A stretch of 63,731 nt of DNA, filler included, from Octopus bimaculoides (Eukaryota): NCBI RefSeq assembly GCF_001194135.2. It is 5 parts of 4 records of this genome, joined end to end, with 100 filler letters (N's around TTAATTAATTAA, not from the genome) between each part and the next. Parts side by side here need not be neighbours in the genome. Positions count along the whole stretch, not along the records: positions 1 to 27,193 come from NC_068991.1; 4 more parts are not named here. One strand, 5' to 3'. Under the pieces are notes generated by a model that saw only the letters and a program-made list of their open reading frames with translations, searched no databases and was not told the DNA's origin. Numbering within the stretch: position 1 is the first letter of the stretch; the number at the start of each line of letters is the position of its first letter. A program made the position numbers and the translations under genes. Shown one piece after another: positions 12,694 through 25,313 of the stretch.

Positions 12694-13426
12694 AGTCGTA
12701 AATGACAGAGAAATATTTAGATGAGTCTTTATTTAACGATAAAAAATCCAAATATCATGGCAAATTTGTTTCATAACTAAAAAAAACCAAGTAAATAACT
12801 TATATTATCATATTCATCATCATCATCATCATCATCATCGTTTAACGTCCGCTTTCCATGCTAGCATGGGTTGGACGATTTGACTGAGGACTGGTGAAAC
12901 CGGATGGCAACACCAGGCTCCAGTCTGATTTGGCAGAGTTTCTNNNNNNNNNNNNNNNNNNNNNNNNNNNNNNNNNNNNNNNNNNNNNNNNNNNNNNNNN
13001 NNNNNNNNNNNNNNNNNNNNNNNNNNNNNNNNNNNNNNNNNNNNNNNNNNNNNNNNNNNNNNNNNNNNNNNNNNNNNNNNNNNNNNTTTGTTTCATAACT
13101 AAAAAAAACCAAGTAAATAACTTATATTATCATATTCAATAATAAATAAATTACTTACATATCTGCACTGACACAAAATGTAAAAAAATCTTTTCAAAAT
13201 GATGCAGAATTTGAGTTATGTCATGGCTCAAATTCTGCATCATTTTGAAAAGATCTTTTTACATTTTGTGTCAGTGCAGATATGTAAGTAATTTATTTAT
13301 TATTAAATATGATAATATAAGTTATTTACTTGTTTTTTTGAGTTATGAAAAAAATTTGTCGTGATATTTGGATTTTTTTATCATTAAATAAAGATTCATC
13401 TAAATATTTTTCTATCATTTATGACT
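12694..13426. repeat. Fold-back (hairpin) element with ~200-bp arms and an 11-bp spacer, left arm interrupted
   Basis: Right arm 13227-13426 is the near-perfect reverse complement of 12694-12815 joined to 13139-13215. Confidence 0.9.
12816..12943 (-). mobile_element. Young RTE-associated 3' end with (GAT)n tail (truncated by gap)
   Basis: (CAT)n-cgtttaacgtccgctttccatgctagcatgggttggacg..., near-identical to 19325, 61125 and 61579. Confidence 0.88.
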
Positions 13427-13608
13427 TTATATAATCCTTATCCTTGTCTTTTGTATATTTACTATATATTCTATATCGTTTGTACAGTGACACATTAAGG
13501 AGCTTTTTTATGAGTACTACCGGATTACGTGAATTTATATATTGTAACTTAAATTTGTATGTATGTATGTATAAACTGTATTATATACATGCATACATAC
13601 ATACATAC

Positions 13609-13640
<32 letters not shown>

Positions 13641-13759
13641 ATGTATATATATGTATATTGTGTGTGCGTGTGTGTGTGTGTACATATATGATATAATATC
13701 CAATGTAATACATACAGTATGTATAAGTATCATATATTTCTATACATACATACAAACAT

Positions 13760-13778
13760 CCATATCTATCTATCTATC

Positions 13779-13853
<75 letters not shown>

Positions 13854-13856
13854 ATG
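13760..13856. repeat. (TCTA)n microsatellite
   Basis: Direct reading. Confidence 0.96.
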
Positions 13857-14266
13857 TATATATATTAGTGTGTACAACACACACGCACTCATATATTTGT
13901 TTGTTTTGTGTCCATTTCTCCAAACCAGCATGGGTTAGACAGCTATATAACCGAACCATTATTTTACAGCCAGATGCCCTTTATGTCACTAACTCTCGAC
14001 TGTTTTGTGTAGAGCACAAACATAGAAAAAAAAACATAGTGAAGTACAGTTAGTTCTGTCTACCAAATTCATTCACAAAGCTTTGATCGGCCCATAGAGA
14101 ACACTTGCTCAAGTTGCCAAGCAGTGGGACTGTACTCGAAGCCACATGATTTGGAATCGAATTTCTTTGTCCCACGGCCATGCCTGTGCCTCTGGGCATT
14201 ATGTATGTGTATGTATGTATGTGTGTGTGTGTGTGTGTGTATGTGTGTGTGTGTATGTGTGTGTGT

Positions 14267-14302
<36 letters not shown>

Positions 14303-15800
14303 TTATCCCTTATGTAATACATCCCTGTCAAATTCCTATTTGATTCTCTCTTGTCTCTTAAATACTATCTCATCCCCATTACCTATCTGTCAATCATCTC
14401 TATTGTTCTTGCTTTCTTTCTCAGTCACCTATATGCTTACCATTCATGCTCTCTCTGCCTAATTTTCTGCTATTTTCTGCCATGTAGCTACAAGCGCCAT
14501 TGGCTCTGTCAGACCCTCTCGTCTCTCAAGTACTCACTCTCTCCACTTTGACTTCTCTCCTATTCCCTGCATCATGTCACCTGTCTAGTGAGGGAGAGTA
14601 TTGAAGATGTGAACATTCTACCTCCATCCTATAAACCCTACCTCATTCTCCCATTCAGACTCCAACATATGGAAGGTAGTATCAGACCTGTTCGTATCTG
14701 ATATACCCAACCATTACAATTTCTGTGTCATCAACCATCACTACTTCTCCTCCAGTTCATTTGCTATTGCCATCAGTCGTCTTTGCTTATCATCGCCTTT
14801 TACGTATACTATCTCTCGATCTCACTCCTGCACTAAGAAACAAGCAACTACCATAAGTATCTTTCTTCCATTACTCTTTCAGCAGTGTCACTCTTACATC
14901 ACTCCTACTTAATGACACTCATACTACAGTTACTCTATTTTTTCCATCATGTGTTCACATTTCTTTCCTTGCTATTAGTCATGTTGCCTTGATTGAACAG
15001 AGGCATCTCAGTGTTGAGAAGGTTTTTTTTACTTTTGTCGAGGATATGAAAATTATTTTAATGTTGGCAGAATGATAATATGAATCTAGTACATTTTGTA
15101 AAATGGTTAATACAATGAAGAGTATCCATTGGCAGAAAGGATGCCAAAATTTTGGAATATATTAACAAGATGTGAGTCTCTGACCTATCTAGAGGATGAA
15201 TACGGCTGAATAAGAACTAATTTAAATAATGATAACTCATCCTACCCATGTCAACATGTAAAGCAAATTTAATATGATATTGACAATGAAGTGTACACAT
15301 AAATACATATATGTCTATATATACATGTGGTATATGTGAGTGTGTGTCTGCATGTGTATGTGGCCTAATGGTTAAGGTGTTATTCCTGGTAAATACTCAA
15401 GAATGGGTTTACTCAGTTAAGTGATGTGAATTCTTCTAGTGCTTCAGTAGGTACTTGTGGAAATGGCAATATTTCACGTAGTGATCTGGTCTATCATTCA
15501 GAAAGTCTATGGATTTATTAGAGTTAATAAGTATGAGGCTATACATAACTTATAACATTTTGTATGATTTCAGTATGACTTGCATCTCTCAATTATAATA
15601 TGACACACACATACACACATACATTAATGTATTCATGCATACATATATTTATACAGTGAACATTCATTTATATATATATATATATATATATATGCATAGC
15701 TAAATAGATTGATAAATAGACATAGATATAATATATAATCCATAACATGAATATATATTTCATAATATACCTAACATATATAAAACATAAATGCATGCAT

Positions 15801-15890
<90 letters not shown>

Positions 15891-16247
15891 TCAACATCAT
15901 CACCAAGAACATCATCATAATTTTACATTTGTGTGTCATGTTCTCATTCGTTGGGCAATATATAATATATATGATATTTAATAACATATATATGTAATTT
16001 ATATGTGTATGTGTGCATGTATATAATATTTATGTAGTGTATAGTTAAATATGTATCTATATAACATATGAAATATATAACATATAATATATGCAATATA
16101 TAAAAATATATCATAAATATATTTGTATGTGTGTATGAAGTTGTATGTATCATCATCATCATCGATATCATTAGAAATAACATCATCATTTCCTGGATCT
16201 TTGATGGGTTGGCCTGGAAGATATCTACCTATCTATCAATCTACGTG

Positions 16248-16280
<33 letters not shown>

Positions 16281-16474
16281 ACACAGAGACACACACACAC
16301 ACATACATACATATATATAAACATACATACATAATACATACATACATACATACATATGTATATGTATATATNNNNNNNNNNNNNNNNNNNNNNNNNNNNN
16401 NNNNNNNNNNNNNNNNNNNNNNNNNNNNNNNNNNNNNNNNNNNNNNNNNNNNNNNNNNNNNNNNTATATATATC

Positions 16475-16725
16475 GTGGTTTCAATTCCTAGACCGAGTGG
16501 TGCATTGTACTCTTGAGCAAAACACATCATCTCATGTTGTCCTGTGATCATTTCGCCACCTCATGTGTGGTACACCGTGCACCTCTTCAGGCAATGTCGA
16601 TTTAATGGAGAGAGATAGCTAATGTGTAGCACAAGCATTTGATCACTATAAACAAACCATTTGTGAAGGTTGTTTGGCAAAAGCGGAATGCTCATACGTC
16701 ATCTTCGACAGGAGAGTGTGCATAT
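16475..16725 (+). mobile_element. SINE family F copy
   Basis: gtggtttcaattcctagacc...cttgagcaaaacacatcatctc...gctaatgtg; aligns with 25668-26015. Confidence 0.75.
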
Positions 16726-16810
16726 GTACATTTACATACTCACACACACATACACACACGCATTTGTGTGTGTGTGTGTGGTGTGTGTGTTTGTATATGT
16801 GTATGTGTAT

Positions 16811-17240
16811 CTTTCATTTTACTTGCTTCAGTCAGTAGACTGTGGCCATACTGGGGCACCACCTTGAAGAATTTTTTAGTTGATTGTATCAACTCCTGTA
16901 CTTATTTTTAAAACCTAGTACTTATACTACCAGTCTCTCTTGCCGAACCGCTAAGTTATGGGGATGTAAATACACCAGCACCAGTTGTGAGGCAGTGGTA
17001 AGGGGACAACCACAGACGGAAAAACACACACACACATATATATGTACACACACACACACACACACATATATAAATATATATACACACACATACACACATG
17101 CACATATATATGACAGGTTTCTTTCAGTTTCAGTGTCAGCCTGGGGCTATAGTAGAAGACACTTGCTCAAGGTGACACTCATTGGGACTGAACCCAGGAC
17201 CATGTGATTGGGAGGCAAGCTTCTTACCACACAACCACAC
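16811..17240 (-). mobile_element. SINE family B copy, diverged
   Basis: Same motif order as 7461-7992 (gccgaaccgctaagtt, gggactgaaccc, aagcttcttaccacac). Confidence 0.85.
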
Positions 17241-17699
17241 CTAATAATGCACTACATGCAATTCTGGATAATTTGAAATGCAATATAAAGTCTACAATTG
17301 TTGATAACTTTAACTTCATCTTAGTGTCTTTTATTTAAAATATTCCTTCTATAGCATCTCTTTATCGCCTTGTGCCTGTCCTCTTGTTAGGAATCCTCTT
17401 TGGCTTCTTCTAAGTAGACTAGTAAGAAGACATATCTATGAGGTAGATGATGATGATCATAGTGAAGAGGATGATGATAATAAAGATTATGATGATGATA
17501 AAGATTATGATGATGATGGTGGTGGTGGTGGTGGTGACGATGTCGATGACAAGGACAATGATGACAACGGTGATGTTTAAGACAATGATGGTGTTGGTAA
17601 TGATAATGTAGATGACAATGACAGTGTTGTTCATGATGATAATGATGACAACGCCGACGACAACAACAACAACGATGATGAGAATAACGTTAGTGGTGG

Positions 17700-18125
17700 T
17701 GATCATATCATTTGGTATGGCTACATCAATGATCTGACAGTATTTGTCTCTCCTATTCACTATGACAATATCCAGCCGACAGTGTTCGATTACACGATCC
17801 ATCTGAAAATCATGGTCCCAGAGTATCGTTACTTTTCCATTCTCCTGCATAACTTTATTTGGTACATGATCATATCAGTTCTCTGTTACTTCATATTCGT
17901 ATCTCATGCATAAAAGCCAAAGATGTTACACACACACTTTATCGTTGTAGCACTTGTATTCTTTTTGTGCAAGGATCCCACATTTACTTACCAAGTGGGT
18001 CACATTTTCCACGCTCTTTCCACAGAGTCTGCATTTCTGGGTGTCAGAAGTTTTATAGATGTTATATTTCACTAACTTGGTAGTGAGAGCCTGGTCTTGT
18101 GCAGCAAAGATCAGGCTTATTATTA
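17700..18125 (-). mobile_element. R4/Dong-like non-LTR retrotransposon fragment (CCHC knuckle plus restriction-like endonuclease)
   Basis: LIFAAQDQAL...KCRLCGKSVENVTHLVSKC and ILWDHDFQMDRVIEHCRLDIVIV...IIDVAIP. Confidence 0.87.
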
Positions 18126-18146
18126 TTATCATTATCATTATTCTTA

Positions 18147-18193
<47 letters not shown>

Positions 18194-18644
18194 GAGTGAG
18201 AGAGCAGTGCGTGCCATCAAAGTGACACTGGGGTAAAATATACGAAGCCCAATATACCCATTGTGACTACCCGTCTGATAAGGGTACACCAGGCACATGC
18301 ATCACAACCATATGTACGCGACATGGTGATCTCATATCAAGATAAACAGCGCATGACCTCGCAGGTGGGGCCCAGTTAGAATTTTCTTCAGCTTGAGTAG
18401 CCCATCTTGCTCAAATGGTCCTTGAATATGGTTTGTTTAAGGATGTTGAGCAAAACACTCATGTTTCCAAAGGTGAATTATTCAAACTCCAAAGAATTCC
18501 TCTCAACACATGGCTATGATGCTCCCCCCTACTTCTGCTCATGATCAGAGATGCACATATTGTCAGCCACCAAGGGACATGCTCAACTGGTTAAGGTCAA
18601 ACAACTGACAAGCAAATCTGTGGTATTGAGCAGAATATTTTCTG

Positions 18645-18645
<1 letters not shown>
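18194..18645 (-). mobile_element. Non-coding interspersed element with (AAT)n tail, flanked by (TTA)n
   Basis: Non-coding 450-bp block between two (TTA)n arrays, next to the R4/Dong fragment; the non-autonomous status is inference. Confidence 0.55.
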
Positions 18646-18707
<62 letters not shown>

Positions 18708-18882
18708 TATTGTTGTTGTGATTAAAAGTGTTGATAATGATGATGATGAAGATGATGATGATGACGACGATGACGACGACAATGATGACTTGTTAAATCA
18801 GTTAGGAATCCCACCCACCAAAAAGGGAAAAAAATTAAAATGTACAAAATAAAACAAACAAGCATAATAAACAATCACATAC

Positions 18883-18923
18883 CTTGTTTGGAGAGTGGTG
18901 GTCCTTAATAGATTCAGAAATCC
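18883..18923 (-). CDS. Probable 41-nt internal exon of the minus-strand PDZ gene
   Basis: Strong acceptor (ttttttttcttttcAG) and donor (AAG/GTatgt). The frame (G)ISESIKDHHSPNK ends in phase 0, compatible with the phase-0 start of the PDZ exon. No homology support. Confidence 0.6.
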
Positions 18924-19324
18924 CTGAAAAGAAAAAAAAGTTAAATTAACACTTTGTATATTCATAAATCTAAAATGAAATAAATTAGGTTTAAATTATG
19001 AAGGTCAAACTGGTTCAATAATTTGAAAATACAATGATAAGAAGACTTTCTAATTTCAGCACCAGGCCAGCAATATGAGTGAAGGAGGTAAGTTAAGGTC
19101 TTTGACCCCAGTATTTGGCTATGCTCAAGCAAAGGTTTTAAGTCAAGGGTGGTTTACACAACACTGCAATGACTCACATTCATAATATCAAGGAACCTGG
19201 ATACAAGCAAAGTGAAAGATAACTGGTTCAGTGGAACAGAGGGTCTTATATACAAGCTGGCCTTCTTTTAGATTCATCATCATCATCAATGCTTTAACCA
19301 CAAACTCCTGTATCCTTGATGTCA

Positions 19325-19510
19325 TTCATCATCATCATCATCATCATCATCGTTTAACGTCCGCTTTCCATGCTAGCATGGGTTGGACGATTTGACTGAG
19401 GACTGGTGAAACCAGATGGCTACACCAGGCTCCAATCTGATTTGGCAGAGTTTCTACAGCTGGATGCCCTTCCTACCGCCAACCACTCAGAGAGTGTAGT
19501 GGGTGCTTGT
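19325..19510 (-). mobile_element. Young RTE-associated 3' end with (GAT)n tail
   Basis: Near-identical to 12816 and 61125. Confidence 0.88.
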
Positions 19511-20344
19511 CACATGAAAATCAACATCACACAGTGATTGACCACAATGGCCCATTGAATTGCAGTCCATCTGACAAACTGCCATAGTTTCCATCTACCC
19601 AAATTACACTTACCTAGGCTTTAATAAAAGATGCATGCAAAGAAATTGAATCTAGAATCTCAGATTGTGAGATAAACTTAGTGAGATTCAGTAGTGATGA
19701 TGTGTCCACATATAGAAGAAGCGGCCAAAAAAATCTCTCTTGCATTTTACAGTTTGATAAACATTACAACTGAAAACACCAGTTATACATCAGCTTAAAC
19801 CACAATATTAACTGTTAAAAAAAAACATTGAAATATTAGCTACACGATGACACTATTATCATTTTCCTATCTTCCCTAGCACCACAACAATAGTCATGTA
19901 AAATACGGGAGGTTTTTCTGCTGCACACTGTTTAAGGCTATGAATGTTAACTGAGTGTTAGTGTTACATGCATATATTACACTTTTTTCTCATTCATTTG
20001 TATAGAGAAAAGGTGGAATGATTTTTTGCATTGATCAGTGTTCTTCTGACCAGCTGGCTGCCAGCTTGTTTTTGTTGGCAACCACTCCTTTATACACATT
20101 GTAATTGATTGATGCAGTTGTTGCTGTTGTTATTATTATTGTGACTGCTGCTGTTGTTGTTGTTGTTGTGGTGGTGGTTTAGCCACAGGTCAACCTGGTA
20201 AAAACAAATCTACGATCACAAGCATTCAGAATGTGACAATCCCATCTTAATTTTTGTGTGTAGTGATATCTAGAACTACATCATTAACTGTGTATTTCCT
20301 TATATATATATTTTTTTAAAGATAGTATGGTGTGATTTGGTGGA

Positions 20345-20585
20345 GGTGCGTGGCTTAGTCGTTAGGGTGTCAGCATCATGATCATAAGATTGTGGTTTCG
20401 ATTCCTGGACTGGCCAACGCGTTGTGTTCTTGAGCAAAACACTTGATATCACGTTGCTCCAGTCCACTCAGCTGGCAAAAATGAGTAGCGCTGCGATGGA
20501 CTGGTGTCCCATTCAGCTGGGAACACATACGCCATTGAAACCAGGAAACCGGGCCCACGAGCCTGGCTAGGCTTTAAAAGGGCGC
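20345..20585 (+). mobile_element. tRNA-derived SINE (head related to family E)
   Basis: A-box tggcttagtcg, B-box-like ggtttcgattcc, then ttcttgagcaaaacac...ctccagtccactcagctg shared with 34393. Confidence 0.75.
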
Positions 20586-20954
20586 ATTTATTTATTTTTT
20601 TTTTTATGGTGTAATTTGCAGGAGAAGGAAGATTTGGCTGCTATTTCTAACAATTTGTGTGACAAGGTATGTACTCCTTTATTGGTTTATCCTGATGTCC
20701 TTTTGTACATATAGGCAGAGTCTATAAAAGAAGAGATCAGCAAGTACATCAGTCCAAGGCCTGGTCAGACAAGGCAGAACCTGTGACCTAACAGAAAAGA
20801 AAATAACTAAAAAAATCTCACTCCCCTCTGCAATTTTGGAAGGACTCTCCCCCTACCCAGTGGGGGTAGGGTGAGGGAAACTAGGAGTAGACTTACTGTA
20901 CCTTGACAGCAAAGAATATTGGAAGGAGTATGGGAGAAGGAATATTGCCTTACT

Positions 20955-21222
20955 TTTTACTCCATTGTGAATTGGAACTTTGTCAGACAATTTTTTCATT
21001 ATAGACAACCTGAGCCTTTATATCTTGGTGCAACCGCTTAAACATACAGACAAACAATGATGGGTACCTGACATTTCCAAGCATTGTTCACAGTGCATCC
21101 CTGTTAAATGTATCAAAAGCTTTCATTGAATCAACAAAGACTTGATACAAAGGCACCTACTGTTCAGTGCATTTCTCTTGTATCTGTTTCACAGAGAATC
21201 TCATGTTGATTGTTCCTCTACC
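20955..21222 (-). mobile_element. RTE-clade RT fragment
   Basis: GRGTINMRFSVKQIQEKCTEQ*VPLYQVFVDSMKAFD matches the RQxQEKCxEQ...FxDLxKAFD region. Confidence 0.85.
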
Positions 21223-21244
21223 TCATCTATAGCTATTTTGTGAT

Positions 21245-21635
21245 TTACAGATGATTGTGGGACACATATCTTCCATCAATCTATTCAAAAAACGTCTAGC
21301 AAGAATGTGGACTATGAGGACAGTGTCTGTCATCCCAATAGCTGTAGGCGTACTTGGAGCACTAACAACCAAGTTTGAGAAATATGACAGAGAAATTGGA
21401 ATTGACATGAGAGCAAGCCCAAAAAACTGCTCTGCTTGAGACAGCAAGGATTTTGAGGCTGGTACTTGGATGTTAAATGTCTTCCATGATAATTAACAAC
21501 CAGGTATCAAAGCTTACAATGTGCAGAAAGAGACTCTGTGCAACCTCTGACAACAGGCTGCTGTTCACTCTCACAGAATCAACCAGAGTAAACAAGACTG
21601 AGTACTCTCAGAAATAAAACAATAATAATAATAAT
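21245..21635 (+). mobile_element. R4/Dong-like element 3' end with (AAT)n tail
   Basis: LARMWTMRTVSVIPIAVGVLGALTTKFEKY...KTALLETARILRLVL, then a short 3' UTR and aataataataat. Confidence 0.82.
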
Positions 21636-21644
21636 CTTCTAATA

Positions 21645-21815
21645 GGTGCAGGAGTGGCTGCGTGGTAAGTAGCTTGCTTACCAACCACATGGTTCCGGGT
21701 TCATTCCCACTGCGTGGCACCTTGGGCAAGTGTCTTCTACTATAGCCTCAGGCCGACCAAAGCCTTGTGAGTGGATTTGGTAGACGGAAACTGAAAGAAG
21801 CCCGTCGTATATATG

Positions 21816-21848
<33 letters not shown>
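21645..21848 (+). mobile_element. SINE family B copy (5' half; rest in gap)
   Basis: Head ggtgcaggagtggctgcgtggtaag...ggttc...; body near-identical to 22876. Confidence 0.9.
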
Positions 21849-22875
21849 NNNNNNNNNNNNNNNNNNNNNNNNNNNNNNNNNNNNNNNNNNNNNNNNNNNN
21901 NNNNNNNNNNNNNNNNNNNNNNNNNNNNNNNNNNNNNNNNNNNNNNNNNNNNNNNNNNNNNNNNNNNNNNNNNNNNNNNNNNNNNNNNNNNNNNNNNNNN
22001 NNNNNNNNNNNNNNNNNNNNNNNNNNNNNNNNNNNNNNNNNNNNNNNNNNNNNNNNNNNNNNNNNNNNNNNNNNNNNNNNNNNNNNNNNNNNNNNNNNNN
22101 NNNNNNNNNNNNNNNNNNNNNNNNNNNNNNNNNNNNNNNNNNNNNNNNNNNNNNNNNNNNNNNNNNNNNNNNNNNNNNNNNNNNNNNAAAATACCTTCCT
22201 CTGCCTGAATGCTTTCATTCTGATCTGAGAATGCTGGGTTATCAAGAGGTTTTGCTCTGGGAGATTTTCTCATATGTTTAACTGTAAATAGAAGTAAAAA
22301 AATAGAAGAAAATCAATTATAAGGATTCTTTACATTTACACAAGACATCTATGATTAAGGCAAAAAAAAAACCCCCCAAAAAACCCCAGACAAACAAAAA
22401 TACAAGTATGACCAGAAAAACCACGTAACTGTAATCTTTTGTGATTATCTTTATTTAATAATAGTTTCTATAACTGTTGGTCCATTGGTGGATTTCTCCA
22501 AACATGTTTTATATTATATAGATACAAGGGGAGACTGAAAGACACATACACAGAATTAACATTAAAGGTACTAAATAAGTGCATACTAGGCTTGGTGACA
22601 GGCAATGAGTAAGAAAAGCACTAACCAATTAATTAATTAATGGAACAGTTACCACCTCAGTCATTCTTGTTAGACCACAAAACCTATTCATTATTTGTCT
22701 GATTACTGTTATATTCTGTGATTAATGTACCAACCTAACAATTGGTGAATGAAAACATTGTGCCATTTTTAAGTGGTGTCAACATAAAAGCAGACATGAA
22801 AATGAACACACACAGACATACACACAATATATATATATTGATATATATTGATATAAATATATATATTGATATATA

Positions 22876-23294
22876 GGCGTAGGAGTGGCTGTGTGGTAAG
22901 TAGCTTGCTTACCAACCACATGGCTCCGGGTTCAGTCCCACTGCGTGGCATCTTGGGCAAGTATCTTCTACTATAGCCTCGGGCTGACCAAAGCCTTGTG
23001 AGTGAATTTGGTAGACGGAAACTGAAAGAAGCCCGTCGTATATATGTATATATATATATATGTGTGTGTGTGTGCGTGTGTGTATGTGTGTCTGTGTTTG
23101 TCCCCCCAACATCGCTTGACAACCGATGCTGGTATGTTTACGTCCCCGTAACTTAGCGGTTCGGCAAAAGAGACCAATAGAATAAGTACTAGGCTTACAA
23201 AGAATAAGTCCTTGGGTCGATTTGTTCGACTAAAGGCGGTGCTCCAGCATGGCCACAGTCAAATGACTGAAACAAGTAAATGAGTAAATGAGTA
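22876..23294 (+). mobile_element. SINE family B, full-length copy
   Basis: tRNA-like head, internal (TA)n(TG)n, gtaacttagcggttcggcaaaagagacc, tail (AATGAGT)n. Confidence 0.93.
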
Positions 23295-23884
23295 TCACAG
23301 CAAGCTAGCATAAACCTCACCCTCAAAGATCTTTATCCTTTACAGAAAGAAAACAGACCAATGAACACAGCTATATATACCTACACCCCCAGAACAAAAT
23401 TATACACCAGACACCGCTACACATACCACATACACCCCATCCCAACAGGAGCACCACATTAATAATGCATACTTTTCCCACTTCAAAAAAACTCATGTCA
23501 GCTTCACAGCATACCCAACCAAGGCACATGACTCCTAACCTAATCCTCTGACCCTTTTTTGTTTCACCCCCTTTTCCGCAGAAAACGCTGACAGGTTGTG
23601 CTAATCCACGTCTGACAATAGAGAGCAGATGCCATATTTTCTTCCATATCACCTAAAACTGATGAGCATAAAGTTATATAATCGGATTGTTACCTAACAC
23701 TCCATTCCATTCTCTATGTGAAACTGACTGGTAAGATTAGCTGTGATAGCTATTTAATACTATATATTTCGGATAATGTACTGATATATATACATATATA
23801 TATATATCATCATCATCATCATCATCATCATCATTTAACGTCCGCTTTCCATGCTAACATTATATATATTTATATTTATATGTA

Positions 23885-23956
<72 letters not shown>

Positions 23957-23964
23957 TATATGCA

Positions 23965-24200
23965 CCAGTTCACTCAGCGGTTGAAATGAGTTGTAACATT
24001 ACTAGTGCCAAGTTGTATTGGCCCCTTTGCCTTTCTCTTGGATAACATCGGTGGCGTGGAGAGGGGAGGCGAGTATGCATGGGTGACTGCTAGTCTTCCA
24101 CAAACAAACCTTGCCTGGTCTTGTGCCTGGGAGGGGAACTTTCTAGGTACAACCTCATGGTCACTCATGACCGAAGGGTGACTTTACCCTTTACCCTTAC
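23965..24200 (+). mobile_element. SINE family E body (headless)
   Basis: Aligns with 34505-34715 (ccagttcactcagc...gaaatgagttg...ctttctaggt). Confidence 0.8.
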
Positions 24201-24394
24201 TTTTTCCAGTGACAGTGTTCATACAAGTGAACCAAGTGGTTAAGCTGTTGAGCTCACAATCATAATGCTGTGAGATTGAATTCTGGACAAGGCTGCAAGT
24301 TATTTCTTTGAGCAAGGTACCTCATTTTACAATATTCCAGTCTCTGTTTCTGTTTCTATCTGTTTGTCTGATTCTCTCTCTCTGGTCTTGAATT

Positions 24395-24505
24395 TAGGTC
24401 TCACTTGGCTTGCTGGGTCTTCTCACGTACAGGTGGTGAGGCACAACCTTCGAACATTAGGTCTCACCGAGGCGATGACTTCTGACTGAGACCTTTGGAA
24501 ATCAC
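24395..24505 (-). mobile_element. RTE ORF C-terminal fragment
   Basis: Minus strand reads LTEVIASVRPNVRRLCLTTCT in one frame; the nucleotide sequence resembles the 28620-28700 RTE end. Confidence 0.55.
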
Positions 24506-24519
24506 GTTAATAATAGTAA

Positions 24520-24740
24520 TAATCCTATCTACTACAGGCACAAAGAATAAAATTTGTGGGGAGAGGGCGAGTTGATTACATCCACCCCAGTGCTCAACTG
24601 GTACTTATTTCATCAATCTTGAGAGGATGAAAGGCAAAGTCAACCTTGGTAGAATTTGAACTCAGAACATGAAAGTGGACGAAATGCTGCTAAGCATGTT
24701 GTCCGGCATGCTAGTGATTCTGCCAGCTCACCACCTTGGC
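24520..24740 (-). mobile_element. SINE family C copy
   Basis: Reverse complement of the family C core (tggtacttat...gatgaaaggcaaagtcaacc...gaatttgaactcagaac). Confidence 0.85.
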
Positions 24741-25313
24741 TAAAAGACACATTATTGGACATATACATAAGTAACACTATGCACCCACACACACACACAC
24801 ACACACACACATACGTACAGAAGTATACACACATGTATACGCATACAGACAATAGACTGCTGCACTTCTGGGCCAATCAATTGCAGTCCAAGCAATAGAT
24901 CAATATAACAGAATAAAACATACTTCTAGGTTATACACACAGTCCTGCTTTCCNNNNNNNNNNNNNNNNNNNNNNNNNNNNNNNNNNNNNNNNNNNNNNN
25001 NNNNNNNNNNNNNNNNNNNNNNNNNNNNNNNNNNNNNNNNNNNNNNNNNNNNNNNNNNNNNNNNNNNNNNNNNNNNNNNNNNNNNNNNNNNNNNNNNNNN
25101 NNNNNNNNNNNNNNNNNNNNNNNNNNNNNNNNNNNNNNNNNNNNNNNNNNNNNNNNNNNNNNNNNNNNNNNNNNNNNNNNNNNNNNNNNNNNNNNNNNNN
25201 NNNNNNNNNNNNNNNNNNNNNNNNNNNNNNNNNNNNNNNNNNNNNNNNNNNNNNNNNNNNNNNNNNNNNNNNNNNNNNNNNNNNNNNNNNNNNNNNNNNN
25301 NNNNNNNNNNNNN

